A program made the translations under genes and the position numbers. The notes under the pieces are model-generated. The model saw only the letters and a program-made list of their open reading frames with translations. It searched no databases and was not told where the DNA came from. Shown here one piece after another: positions 9,931 to 19,878 of a stretch of DNA of 64,000 nt. Source of the DNA: a virus; IMG/VR virus record IMGVR_UViG_3300021425_000025, positions 6,762 to 70,761 of that record. One strand, written 5' to 3'. Each line of letters begins with the position of its first letter. Within the stretch, counting starts at the first letter, position 1.

Positions 9931-11023
9931 TTGTGGTAAGTTCCTCGATTGGTTGCACGTTATCAACATCTTCGTTGACATCGTCGTCAGAGGTATTTAC
10001 CATATTTGCCTCTTTTTCAAGATAATCTGACATAACCGTATCGAGTAATTCACCCGTCCATTTTTTACGATATTCTAAAATCTCTTCACCTGCATTAGTT
10101 ACGTACTTGAGTCTGTTACCACTTTTTTCAATAACACCTTTTGCTTCAAAAAGTTCTAGTAATCCGCTATATGGATTCATTCCTGTTTCATAAGGAATTT
10201 TAACTTGTACGCCTTCGAAAGGTTTTGCGTAACGTGTTTTCATCACTTTACAACCTGCACGAATGCCACGCACTTCACTAATCTTATTACCGTCTTCATC
10301 TTCTTTTAGTTTCAACTTCTTCATTGCAACTACAATAGACGATGCATAGATAAATCCTTGACCGCCTGAGATTTTATCATCTGGATCAAACATATCTTGT
10401 GATGCGTAAGTGTGATTAGTACATACAAGACCTACATTATGTGAACCAATCATGTTTACAGTGTTACGAACAAGTGAAGTTAGTGCCTTAGGCTTACGAC
10501 CCATATCACCTTTCATATCACCTTTGTTAAACTGATCTACATCTGTAGGTGTTAACAACATACCTAAACTATCAATTACAAACATTACTTTAGGACGATC
10601 TTCCTCTGGCATTGCTTTATAATCTGTCATAAATGTACTAATAGTTTTAGCAACATCGTCAATCATTGACATATTAAGTTTAAGTAGTTTTTCTTCTGAC
10701 GTGTCTACGTCTAATGCATGTAGCCACGATTCGTCAAGTGCATTCTCTGAGTCAATAAGAACTACAAAGATTCCTTGTTCTTGAGCGTATTTTACAATGT
10801 TACCTGCACAGATATATGATTTACCTGCGCCAGATTCACCTGCAAATACAGTTACCTTACCCATCGGAACGCCTCGGTTAAAGTCGCCGCTGATAAGATA
10901 GTTAAGTGCAAAGTTGCCTGTACTAACCCAATCTGTAGGATCGTTAAATCCTGCACTCATACCTTGAATGGATTTTGTCAACGAGTTTCGAAACTTCGTT
11001 GGATCGAATGCTTTATTCGCCAT
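9923..11023 (-). CDS. uvsX: UvsX/RecA-like recombinase
   Basis: STGNFALNYLISG, Walker A GESGAGKS, IDSE, IDSLG, TNHTY, SGG and KTR; SD AGGAG. Confidence 0.93.
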   Translation of the reverse strand: MANKAFDPTKFRNSLTKSIQGMSAGFNDPTDWVSTGNFALNYLISGDFNRGVPMGKVTVFAGESGAGKSYICAGNIVKYAQEQGIFVVLIDSENALDESWLHALDVDTSEEKLLKLNMSMIDDVAKTISTFMTDYKAMPEEDRPKVMFVIDSLGMLLTPTDVDQFNKGDMKGDMGRKPKALTSLVRNTVNMIGSHNVGLVCTNHTYASQDMFDPDDKISGGQGFIYASSIVVAMKKLKLKEDEDGNKISEVRGIRAGCKVMKTRYAKPFEGVQVKIPYETGMNPYSGLLELFEAKGVIEKSGNRLKYVTNAGEEILEYRKKWTGELLDTVMSDYLEKEANMVNTSDDDVNEDVDNVQPIEELTTNE

Positions 11024-11038
11024 ATATATCTCCTATCT

Positions 11039-11065
11039 AAAAAGCATGGGGGATTGCTCCCCCAT
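11039..11065 (-). terminator. Rho-independent terminator after gp32
   Basis: ATGGGGGA-GCAA-TCCCCCAT followed by GCTTTT on the minus strand. Confidence 0.75.
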
Positions 11066-11072
11066 AATGTTA

Positions 11073-12053
11073 TTACTGTCCTTGACGTGCTCTAATCATT
11101 GCTAGAATGTCTTGAGCATTGCCACCTTCTGCAGGAGCCGCTTCAGCTGCTGGCGCTGGTGTTGGCTCTGGTGCTGCTTCTGCTACTGGAGCAGTTGGTG
11201 CTGGAGTAGGTGTAGGAGCAGGAGTACTTGCCGCAGGTGCTACAGGATCTCCTGTTGCTGCTGACATGCCTGCTGGACGGAAGTAGTTGCTCCAACGATT
11301 TGGATCGTATGCTTCTCCGTCAACACTTGCTTCAAACATTTCAGTCAATACTTTAACTGCTGTTTCGTCTGGCTTCTTAGGTAGGAAGTCATTTAGATTA
11401 AACAAGCCGTGTGTATTAATTGCATTCATCTCTGCATCACTTAATGGACGCTCTCTACGAGCCCAATTTGATGTTGAGTAGTCTGCATAGCCGCCTTTTG
11501 AACTCTTGTTCAAACGGAAGTCTACACCAGCAGTATAATCTGTTGGCAACTCTTCCATGTCTGGATCCATTAATGCTTGCTTAATGATCTGGAAGATTTG
11601 TGGACCAATGATAAAGCGTCTAATTGGATTTTCAGGTGCTTCGTCATCGGATAGTGGATTATCGGTTACAAAACCTTGGAACAAGTATGAACGCTTTTTC
11701 CAATACTTACGACCCATATCTTCTAGACTTGGATCTTTGAACCAGCCACGTACCTCTTGTAAGATAGGGCATGATTCACCATACATTTCCATACATGGAA
11801 CTTGTACTTGTACTGGACGTGAATCAGTTTGTCCTTTAATACCCGAAAACGGAAGTTTGATCATCAAACGTTCTGCCCAGAAAAAAGTATTATCTGGATT
11901 ACCGTCAGGAAGGAAACGTAGAGTTGAACTCTCGCCTTCTTTCATATTCCAAAATGGGTAAATTGGGTTTGGACCGCTTGGGCCATTTGAACCGCCTGAA
12001 GTGCGGTTTTCTTGTTCTTTGAGCTTTGCTCGAATTTCTGCTAATGATGCCAT
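11073..12053 (-). CDS. 32: gp32-like single-stranded DNA-binding protein
   Basis: LRFLP, PC...CP, YWKKRSY, G.DF.L.K...GGYADY; Ala/Pro linker before the C-terminus. Confidence 0.85.
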   Translation of the reverse strand: MASLAEIRAKLKEQENRTSGGSNGPSGPNPIYPFWNMKEGESSTLRFLPDGNPDNTFFWAERLMIKLPFSGIKGQTDSRPVQVQVPCMEMYGESCPILQEVRGWFKDPSLEDMGRKYWKKRSYLFQGFVTDNPLSDDEAPENPIRRFIIGPQIFQIIKQALMDPDMEELPTDYTAGVDFRLNKSSKGGYADYSTSNWARRERPLSDAEMNAINTHGLFNLNDFLPKKPDETAVKVLTEMFEASVDGEAYDPNRWSNYFRPAGMSAATGDPVAPAASTPAPTPTPAPTAPVAEAAPEPTPAPAAEAAPAEGGNAQDILAMIRARQGQ

Positions 12054-12116
12054 AATTATGCCTCCTATATTTTTGCCTTATAGCTTTGTGCCTAAATTAA
12101 GTGTAGCACATTGTAT

Positions 12117-12145
12117 ATACTACACTCTATTATTTATCCTGTCAA
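12117..12145 (-). promoter_or_regulatory. Nested early and late promoters of gp32
   Basis: TTGACA-N17-TAGTAT with a GATAAATA late box (12131-12138) inside the spacer. Confidence 0.7.
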
Positions 12146-12180
12146 GTCTTTTTTGACAGAAATATGAATGAATTAGCTGA

Positions 12181-14121
12181 TTATCTTAAACCAGCTAATT
12201 CACGCATTCTTTCATACTCTGTATCAACTTCCATTTGTTGTGGTTGTGTTTTCATTTGGAAATCGTCGAATAGAGCATTAACTTGTTCGATAAACGCCTT
12301 AGCAGGTTCTATGAACTGCTCGCCGTAATCTTTCTCTACCATGGTAAGTACAGCGGTTTCGCCTTTTGGGAACTCGCCTATTTCTCTATCGTAATAAGAT
12401 AAAATAAACTCGCCTAGTGGTGTCTTTTTGTCTTTTTCTAATGTAATTTCATCACCGTCTGGGCCTTGAATCTTATCGCCTTTTTTCTTACCGTCTTTCT
12501 TTGCCTGACGTACAGCGTTAGCATATGCATTGCCTTCTTTTTCACCTGCTGGGTTTTTTACATTACGACGGTTTGTTTGTCCGCCTGGCATAGGTAGTTC
12601 GCCTTGCTCACGATCTTTAATACGATCTGGGTTGTCTCTATCTTTGTCAAGAATCATAAATTCATCGTGTGAACTATATGTATTTGTTACAACTTCGCCA
12701 GTTTCGTTGTCTTTGAATTTTACTTTCCACTGTTGTCTGCCTTCGCCTTGACCAACAATAACACCTACTGCATTGTCAGGCTTTTCATCAGTTGAAGTAT
12801 AGAACACTTCAACTTTGTCGCCTACTTTAGGATAGATAGTTGTACCATCGTGGAATACTTCTGCGCCTGCTTCGCTTTCTGGTTTTTCGCTAAACTGACC
12901 CATCATTTCTTCAAAGCCTCTTTCTATTTCTGCTTCGGCCTTAACGCATGATCCTTTTTCGCCACGCTTCTTGCCTGGTACTTTTTTGTAACCGTCCCAG
13001 CATTTGTCATACATTTTATCGTTGCCGTGTCTTTCGCCTTCGTTTGTTTTTTTGTATTCTTCTGGATCACCAGTGCCGCCGCAATCTGGACAACTTTTAG
13101 GACAAGTTTCGTCACAATCGTTTTTTGCTTCTCCTAATAAATCATCTGGTCCTAATTCTTTTGCTTTAGTAGCCTCTGAAACTAGATTATAGATATAAGG
13201 AAATACGTCTTTAAGTTCTTCGTTAAACTGTCTAATAGTTAGTTGATCAATCCAGTTTTCTGCAACATCACTTGGAACATCTTCTAGTACTGGGGTTTCA
13301 AATGCTTCAAATGTTTGCTTGTAAAAACTTGGTTTTTGGAGACTTTCGACTGTTTTCTTAACTGTTTGTATACGCTCTTTAACAATGTCCATATACTCGC
13401 TAAGACTTTCTGCCATTACTGCTGAACGACCCATATAAGTTTTAAACTTACGTAGTTTTGATAATTCTTCGCTTAGTCCGGTAATATGCTTGCCAAAGTC
13501 ATCGTAAGGTTTGCCACCTTCAGCAACATGACGTGCCATTGCTCTTGCGCCAGTTAAATGCTTATACGGATATCTAAATCTTTCTCCGTCTGCACTTTCA
13601 ATATAAATCGTACCAATCTTTTGTGTACGACCCGATGCAAGTTCTTGATTAACACTTTCAGTGTGTTTAATTACAAGTCTTGCATTATCAACGTCTTGAT
13701 AACTTATACGTGATGTGCCGTATAGTTTTGATTCATTCATTTTATCGTCCCCAGTTTTTGTTGCAAGGTATTTATAGTCTCTTTTTTCTAAATTTGATTT
13801 TGTAATATCTCTAGTATTAAATCCTAACATTCTTTTTTTAGAAAATGTTCTTAATTCTTTTAAAAACTCAAACCATAAACTTTTTGATACAGCATTTTCT
13901 ACTACTTCTTTATTAAACATTACAACAACACCATCATCAGCTGACAATGATATACTTACATTTCCAAAATCTTGATTTTTATCATTATATGCAAATTCAA
14001 AAAATCTTGCTTCTTTTGGATCGTTAACTACGTTTCCTTCGCCGTCGCCAATAGTTACATTGGAAAAACGTCCACGTATTTTTGAAAATAGTTCTTCTGC
14101 TGTTTGATCAAGTTTATCCAT
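12181..14121 (-). CDS. Hypothetical late protein (646 aa), probably head-internal or prohead-associated; mosaic
   Basis: Late promoter at 14127-14134. Glu-rich, with small modules CxxxCxxxCxxCGG, KCWDGYKK and an SH3/KOW-like KVGDKVEV. Confidence 0.6.
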   Translation of the reverse strand: MDKLDQTAEELFSKIRGRFSNVTIGDGEGNVVNDPKEARFFEFAYNDKNQDFGNVSISLSADDGVVVMFNKEVVENAVSKSLWFEFLKELRTFSKKRMLGFNTRDITKSNLEKRDYKYLATKTGDDKMNESKLYGTSRISYQDVDNARLVIKHTESVNQELASGRTQKIGTIYIESADGERFRYPYKHLTGARAMARHVAEGGKPYDDFGKHITGLSEELSKLRKFKTYMGRSAVMAESLSEYMDIVKERIQTVKKTVESLQKPSFYKQTFEAFETPVLEDVPSDVAENWIDQLTIRQFNEELKDVFPYIYNLVSEATKAKELGPDDLLGEAKNDCDETCPKSCPDCGGTGDPEEYKKTNEGERHGNDKMYDKCWDGYKKVPGKKRGEKGSCVKAEAEIERGFEEMMGQFSEKPESEAGAEVFHDGTTIYPKVGDKVEVFYTSTDEKPDNAVGVIVGQGEGRQQWKVKFKDNETGEVVTNTYSSHDEFMILDKDRDNPDRIKDREQGELPMPGGQTNRRNVKNPAGEKEGNAYANAVRQAKKDGKKKGDKIQGPDGDEITLEKDKKTPLGEFILSYYDREIGEFPKGETAVLTMVEKDYGEQFIEPAKAFIEQVNALFDDFQMKTQPQQMEVDTEYERMRELAGLR

Positions 14122-14129
14122 ACTAATAT

Positions 14130-15716
14130 TTATCCAAAGTTGCTAGATATGAAGATTGGCATAGGTGCTTCATAATCTTCATCTTGTTCTGCCTGATTAA
14201 AAGAATTATAAATTCTAGGATCCCAATCTTTGAGAACACTCATCATTCTAATACATAATAGTGTAGCACTAACTAGATCGTCACTCATACCCGACTTTGC
14301 TTGAAAACTTGATCCAGTTGCAACAAAACCTTTTAATTCAGATAGCAATGGTTTACTTCTAACTATCATTTTATCATTTTCAACCATAGTTTTTAATCGA
14401 CTACATGCTGTAATTTTAGTGCTGTGTGTAGTATTAAACCCTTTACGGAACTTGCGCACATGTCCTTTTCGAATAGGTTCAGACACAAATAGTCCTGGTA
14501 TATTCTCTTCCCCAAAATCGTTTATAACGATTAGTGCTGCTTCTCCAATGCCGTTATTTTCTACACTCCAATATATACTATTATCGTTTTTTGTTTGATC
14601 TGCGATATACTTACATATGTCAGCAAGTACTCTAACCTGTCCAGGTATACCTGTTTGATTATGTTGCCATTCTGCTACTTGCTCGTAGCTTGGTAATTCA
14701 AAAACTTGTATAGCTGCATTATCACCACCAGTACCCATGCTAGGATCTAAACCAACTGCATACGTAAATTCACTTGTAGGTTTTTTATACCAACGTGTTT
14801 GACCCATATTAAGAATTGGACTTTCGCCTTCCATTGCTGCCAGTTTTATACTGTTAATAAGTGTTTCGTCAAATACTAAAAATTCACAACCATATTCACG
14901 TCTAAACTTTTCCTCGCCTATACGACCAATTTCAGCTTCTTTCCATTCTTCATCTCTATCAGGATGTTCTTCCCACTCTGCTCTAAAACTATGGAATCCA
15001 TTTATTCCAACTTCTTGTTCATTACCGTGTGCATCAAACTTGTCTTCAGCTTGTTTCCAAATAGTAGCAAATGTATCTTCGTCCGAGTTTGGTGTGCTTG
15101 TAATAATAGCACGACCACCTGTTGCTAGTGTAGGTGATATTGAAGTCCAAAACTCTTCTGCAATGTTAGGTTGCACAAATGCAAACTCGTCACAGTATAG
15201 TAATGATATAGACATACCACGTCCTGTGTTGCCCGTTGTTGTTTGGCTTACAATACGTGAACCATTTTCAAACTCTATGCTACCTTTGTTGTAACTTGTA
15301 ACACCGGCTCTAATATGGTCTGGACATGTTTCATACACATATCGTATACGTGCCATAATCTCTTGTGCGCCTGTGTACTTGTGTGCAGCAATAAGAATTG
15401 TTTGATCTGAATTAAACATTGCATACCATGCAAGATAGATAGCAGCACAGGTTGTTTTACCTGTTTGTCTAGGCATCATGTTAATATTAAATCTATAACT
15501 ATGATAACTGTGCATCAATCGCAATTGATACTCAAAAGGATCAAACAATAGTTTGCCTTTTACAGGATGTTGGATATATGCAAAACTTCTTGCGAAGTGT
15601 AAGTAACCCTCGTCAGGATCCATGCACTTTGCAAGATCTTCAATTTGTGCATTAGTATATGTTTCTTTTGTATTTGCCTTTTTAGTTAAGACACCATCTA
15701 AACTTTTACTTGCCAT
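14130..15716 (-). CDS. terL: Terminase large subunit (gp17-like)
   Basis: Walker A MPRQTGKTT, Walker B LLYCDEFAF, coupling motif TSTPN, nuclease motifs GLDPSMGTGGD, VENN and DDLV. Confidence 0.95.
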   Translation of the reverse strand: MASKSLDGVLTKKANTKETYTNAQIEDLAKCMDPDEGYLHFARSFAYIQHPVKGKLLFDPFEYQLRLMHSYHSYRFNINMMPRQTGKTTCAAIYLAWYAMFNSDQTILIAAHKYTGAQEIMARIRYVYETCPDHIRAGVTSYNKGSIEFENGSRIVSQTTTGNTGRGMSISLLYCDEFAFVQPNIAEEFWTSISPTLATGGRAIITSTPNSDEDTFATIWKQAEDKFDAHGNEQEVGINGFHSFRAEWEEHPDRDEEWKEAEIGRIGEEKFRREYGCEFLVFDETLINSIKLAAMEGESPILNMGQTRWYKKPTSEFTYAVGLDPSMGTGGDNAAIQVFELPSYEQVAEWQHNQTGIPGQVRVLADICKYIADQTKNDNSIYWSVENNGIGEAALIVINDFGEENIPGLFVSEPIRKGHVRKFRKGFNTTHSTKITACSRLKTMVENDKMIVRSKPLLSELKGFVATGSSFQAKSGMSDDLVSATLLCIRMMSVLKDWDPRIYNSFNQAEQDEDYEAPMPIFISSNFG

Positions 15717-15729
15717 ACTGTATTTAACC

Positions 15730-15756
15730 AAAAAAATAGGCACCGAAGTGCCTATT
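15730..15756 (-). terminator. UUCG-loop terminator
   Basis: AATAGGCAC-TTCG-GTGCCTATT plus a T run, directly followed by the late box GTTAAATA (15721-15728). Confidence 0.85.
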
Positions 15757-15776
15757 GAGTAGTCTAGGGAAGTGTG

Positions 15777-16400
15777 TTACTTTTCTTTAACTTTTTTCTC
15801 TTCTTTGTCTTTGACTGCCTTTTTCATTGGCTCTTTTTTGTCGCCATCACCGTCAATGTCAATATAATCTGGCTTTGCTTTCTTTTCGCTTAGTGCAGCA
15901 TAAAGGTCTGCTTTAATATTTTCTAATGCTGGATCATTAGTGCGAATTGCTTTACGATCCTTTGAACGATGTAGATCATCACCGTCCGGTGTTACATCTT
16001 CGATATCACCAACTCTAGGCTCTGGTTCATTTTCATAGCCTTCTTCGTATTCAATGTCGTCGTTGCAGCCCATCGCTGTAATGTCTTTGTCGCCGTCAAC
16101 ATCGTCTTTGCCTGGAATCTCTGGATCGTCCATCGGTGAATCAACAATGTCACGTAACCTTTCCATGTCTAAACGTGGTGCAAGCATTTTAGCGTCTACA
16201 GGTTTTGCATCACCTAGTCCTGCATTTTTCATCATGTTAAGTAAATCTTCGACATGGTCTTTACCACTAGCATTAATTGACACGTTCATAGATACAGGAT
16301 TTCCTTTATCTACTTCTTGTGGTGGCATTGCTGGTGGCATACCTGGCATCTCGTTCATGCCACACTCGTCTAATGATTCTAATAATTTTTTCATTTCCAT
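15777..16400 (-). CDS. Acidic hypothetical protein, possibly head-internal
   Basis: MKKLLES-type N-terminus; DxDxDG loop PDYIDIDGDGDKKE; SD GGAGG. Confidence 0.65.
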   Translation of the reverse strand: MEMKKLLESLDECGMNEMPGMPPAMPPQEVDKGNPVSMNVSINASGKDHVEDLLNMMKNAGLGDAKPVDAKMLAPRLDMERLRDIVDSPMDDPEIPGKDDVDGDKDITAMGCNDDIEYEEGYENEPEPRVGDIEDVTPDGDDLHRSKDRKAIRTNDPALENIKADLYAALSEKKAKPDYIDIDGDGDKKEPMKKAVKDKEEKKVKEK

Positions 16401-16404
16401 TTTA

Positions 16405-16962
16405 TTATCCTCCTACTACCGATGTAGCATTTTCTGTGTTATCAATATCACTGCTTTCACCAACAGGTGCAGCGGCAGCTGGATCGTGTTCTCTTTCTTT
16501 GCGAGCAACTTCTAGTTCTTTTAATAGGTCCATTACTCTGTTGCCTGCTACGGAGTCTTGCGCACTTTCTCCGCCCATCTCTTCTTGAGTAAGTTTTACT
16601 TCGTATGCATCATCGGCTGCTTCTTCTTGATAAAGTTCAAGTGGATCAGCAGCATTACGCACAACAATATGGCCTGCTGGGCAATCGCAACAAGCATCTA
16701 AATATTCACCCAATACTTGTGCAGTTGTTGGATATAATAGATCTGCTTCAAAATGCGTAACTTCCATATTGTGTAAATTAGGAAAATCTAAAGGACGTTC
16801 TTGTATTGGTGTCTTTTTACCACTTGACAATTCTGATACTTTAAATCGTTCTAAACAAGTTTTTAGATAATCGTTAAAACCGTCTGGCAACTCGCCAGCG
16901 ATTGCTATTTTAAATGGGTAAGTCTTTTTAGACTCTGTTAAATATTCTTTAAAAGATTTCAT
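16405..16962 (-). CDS. Hypothetical protein with a capsid-targeting-like N-terminus
   Basis: MKSFKEYLTE resembles the T4 internal-protein targeting peptide (MKTYQEFIAE); late box at 16985-16992. Confidence 0.65.
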   Translation of the reverse strand: MKSFKEYLTESKKTYPFKIAIAGELPDGFNDYLKTCLERFKVSELSSGKKTPIQERPLDFPNLHNMEVTHFEADLLYPTTAQVLGEYLDACCDCPAGHIVVRNAADPLELYQEEAADDAYEVKLTQEEMGGESAQDSVAGNRVMDLLKELEVARKEREHDPAAAAPVGESSDIDNTENATSVVGG

Positions 16963-16983
16963 TGCGCAATATCCTATTATATA

Positions 16984-17487
16984 TTATTTATCTTTATCAA
17001 GTCCTTTTAGCTTCTCTAGTAGGCTATTTCTGTCAGTGACTACATAGTTTTCGCCGTTAATAATATCACCATCGTTTACATTAGAATCATTATCTAGCTT
17101 CTGTTTTTTGAGCTGTAATTCAATCATTTTTAGTTTTTTATCTAACTTTTGCGTTTTAGCATCTAAACTAGTCTTGAGCATATTACCTGCTACTTCAAAA
17201 ACTCTGCCACTATACCGACTTTCTACATTCATTCCTAAGTCCATTAGATCATCATATGCTTGCATTGCTTTATCTGCAACTTCGTTTAGCTCTTTATCTG
17301 CTAAATCTCCTAGTCCTTTTACAGCAGGTAGTGCAGCACTAATTTTATCAAATTCTGCTATATCTCGAAATGTGTCTTTTTGACGCTCTATTTCGTGAGC
17401 TTTTTGATCTTGTTCTTGTGACTCAGCCTTTTCAATAATTTCTTTTGATTCAGGCAAGTCTAATAATTCTTCTAATTTTTTTGTCAT
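16984..17487 (-). CDS. terS: Terminase small subunit (gp16-like)
   Basis: Helical protein with SGRVFEVAGNMLK (compare T4-like PRxxEVxxxL) and C-terminal RNSLLEKL; close to terL. Confidence 0.65.
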   Translation of the reverse strand: MTKKLEELLDLPESKEIIEKAESQEQDQKAHEIERQKDTFRDIAEFDKISAALPAVKGLGDLADKELNEVADKAMQAYDDLMDLGMNVESRYSGRVFEVAGNMLKTSLDAKTQKLDKKLKMIELQLKKQKLDNDSNVNDGDIINGENYVVTDRNSLLEKLKGLDKDK

Positions 17488-17517
17488 AATTTTCCAACCA
17501 TTAACTGCTACTATTAT

Positions 17518-17955
17518 TTATCTTCTTTTACCATTGTGAAAAATATCATTCTCTGTAACAATTCTAAAATAAATGCCTTTTTGTTTACACCAAGCTCTTG
17601 CTGCTTCCCATTTTGCTTGATTAATAATCCAATGAGCTTGGTTTGCACGACTGCGTCCTGTTTTTTCTTTTAATGATTGATTTTCTGGTTTAACTTCTAT
17701 AAGTTCAACTTTTTGCTTTCCTGTTTTACTTGCATATGCAATAAAAAAGTCAGGAACATATACAGTATGTTTTCCTGTAAATGGATGTCTATAAGGTATT
17801 TTTACTGCCTCACTTGCCCATTGACTGACGCTAGGATGTTCATCACAGAATCTCATAAAGGCAAATTCCCAGCTGCTTCTATAAGTTGGTGTTGTATTTC
17901 CTAGATACTTATCAGGATTTTTTAGTTTAAATTTACCTTGAGCAAATTTTGGCAT
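17518..17955 (-). CDS. 4: Head completion nuclease (gp4-like, TnsA-type fold)
   Basis: GKF...NPDKY.G, YRSSWE, W.SE...IPY, Y.PDF, IEVKP, NQAKWEAA..WC and F.I.TE. Confidence 0.9.
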   Translation of the reverse strand: MPKFAQGKFKLKNPDKYLGNTTPTYRSSWEFAFMRFCDEHPSVSQWASEAVKIPYRHPFTGKHTVYVPDFFIAYASKTGKQKVELIEVKPENQSLKEKTGRSRANQAHWIINQAKWEAARAWCKQKGIYFRIVTENDIFHNGKRR

Positions 17956-17959
17956 GGCA

Positions 17960-19867
17960 TTATTCTTCCGTGCCGATGATAATTTGCCCTACCATTGATC
18001 CGTGGAATTGACAAATATAATAATAAGTGCCAGGAGTAACACCTGCCGTATTCCATGTGCATGTTCCAGACTGTTGTCCGTTATTAGTAACACCAGTTGA
18101 AACTGTACTTCCAGTTCCTGTTACTGCGGCTGTTTTAATCCAAAACGGATGTCCACTAACTGACAAGTTAAATTCAATTATATCACCTACTAAAATTTCT
18201 ATAGTAGGATCATTTCCTGAAACTGCTCCATTTCTATCTGAGCCTGATAAAACGTAAGACGACGAGCCGCTACTAGTAACTGATATATTATATGTTGTAA
18301 CTACAGGTGCTACAGACTCTGTAGTAATTGTAAATGGATTTAATACACCGTACTTACTATATAAATGCCTGTTAGGAGATCCCATTATACTAAGTGTAAA
18401 AGACCTATAATCTGAATCATTGTTTGCAGTTTGATTGATAACTGATTTTGAATCAGCATTCATAATGTCTTTTAATTGTGCTGGTGTTAGGTATGGGCGA
18501 GATTGTAAATATAATGCCGCAACGCCTGCTACTTGCGGTGATGCCATTGATGTACCGCCAATACTCATTATTTTATAATCTGTATTAGAAGGATAGTCTA
18601 ATGGTGTGTAACTGTTAGTATTATAGTTCAAACTACAAGTACTCATTATATCTGTTCCGGGTGCCCACATATTTACTGCTGGTCCTTTTTTACTAGAACC
18701 AGCAGTTCTGTCAGTTACCGTTGTAGGTGTAGAATCTATATTTCCAACTATAAATGCATTTGAACTATAAGGTGAGCTTGGTCTATGATAATATCTTGTA
18801 ATACCGCCAAAAACTACTGCATTATCATAATCTGTTCCGCTTGGTATATCTGCTTTATAATAATCATTACCTGCGGCAATGCAGATGTGTATTCCATCTG
18901 CAATCATATCTTCTACTTCAGCATCAACGAATGCTACTTGTGAAGGTATTCTTCTAAAGTCTGGATCATCACCGCCACTAAATTTTGACACTATGCCATA
19001 ATCGTCCCAAAGTTCGGTATCTGTTTGAGCTGCGAATGTCCACGGTGTACCTCGATAAGTTCCGTTATCAGGATCTTGTGTATAAACTGCACTATATCCC
19101 CAACTCATATTTACTATAGTTGGCCTACTGTCTGTTTTTGCATTATGCCAAAGTCGGATTGCATCAAAAGAGTCTGAAATAGATATTCCATTTCCGGGAT
19201 CAGCTGTTCCTTCTAGACCTGCTAACTTCTGTGCATATATGCGGGCACCTTTGGCCCATCCATAAGTTTTACCTGCGGCAATACCTGCACAATGTGTACC
19301 GTGTCCATCATAATCGTTGTAGAAGAATGCATCTTGTGTTCCCGAAATACCTGATTCTGTATACCAATCAATGGCTTGAAATCTGCTAGTGCCTTCTGCA
19401 TCTTCCCATTCAGGATGATCTTGATCAACTCCACTATCTTGAATAACTACGTCTACCCCTGTGCCATCAAGTGCATACAAATAACCACCAGGAGCAAGTT
19501 CACTCGAACCGTAAATATTAGTTTCTTCAATACAACGTCTTAGTCCCCAATTAACATTTACCGAAGATCCATCTTCTCCTCTTCTAAACACCACACCTTC
19601 ACTTTGTTCTGCGTTTAGACCTATTTTAATATCATCTCTTTGATCTGGAGGAATTTCTACAGCACGTACTCTTGGGTCATTACGTAGTGCTTCTGCTTCT
19701 TCGTCAGTAAGCATAAAGTGTGTTTGTATTTTAGATCCAGGCCTAGCATTAGCAACGTCTACAGCTCTATTAGGAATAGGACCTGCACCGCTACTAGCAG
19801 TAATTTCTGCTTCAAGATCAGATAAGTGTTCCCTTGCTGTTGCTATTACGGTGTATTCTTTTTCCAT
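17960..19867 (-). CDS. S8 subtilisin-like serine protease with a C-terminal cupredoxin-like domain
   Basis: Catalytic triad motifs IQDSGVD, GHGTHCAG and GGTSMASP; oxyanion AAGN; C-terminal GHPF...YYYICQFHGSM. Confidence 0.9.
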   Translation of the reverse strand: MEKEYTVIATAREHLSDLEAEITASSGAGPIPNRAVDVANARPGSKIQTHFMLTDEEAEALRNDPRVRAVEIPPDQRDDIKIGLNAEQSEGVVFRRGEDGSSVNVNWGLRRCIEETNIYGSSELAPGGYLYALDGTGVDVVIQDSGVDQDHPEWEDAEGTSRFQAIDWYTESGISGTQDAFFYNDYDGHGTHCAGIAAGKTYGWAKGARIYAQKLAGLEGTADPGNGISISDSFDAIRLWHNAKTDSRPTIVNMSWGYSAVYTQDPDNGTYRGTPWTFAAQTDTELWDDYGIVSKFSGGDDPDFRRIPSQVAFVDAEVEDMIADGIHICIAAGNDYYKADIPSGTDYDNAVVFGGITRYYHRPSSPYSSNAFIVGNIDSTPTTVTDRTAGSSKKGPAVNMWAPGTDIMSTCSLNYNTNSYTPLDYPSNTDYKIMSIGGTSMASPQVAGVAALYLQSRPYLTPAQLKDIMNADSKSVINQTANNDSDYRSFTLSIMGSPNRHLYSKYGVLNPFTITTESVAPVVTTYNISVTSSGSSSYVLSGSDRNGAVSGNDPTIEILVGDIIEFNLSVSGHPFWIKTAAVTGTGSTVSTGVTNNGQQSGTCTWNTAGVTPGTYYYICQFHGSMVGQIIIGTEE

Positions 19868-19878
19868 TCATTTCTACC

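Noticed and set aside
1099-15716. Inteins or introns in uvsW, uvsX or terL
   Set aside because: Lengths are normal and the motifs are contiguous; no splice-junction signatures.
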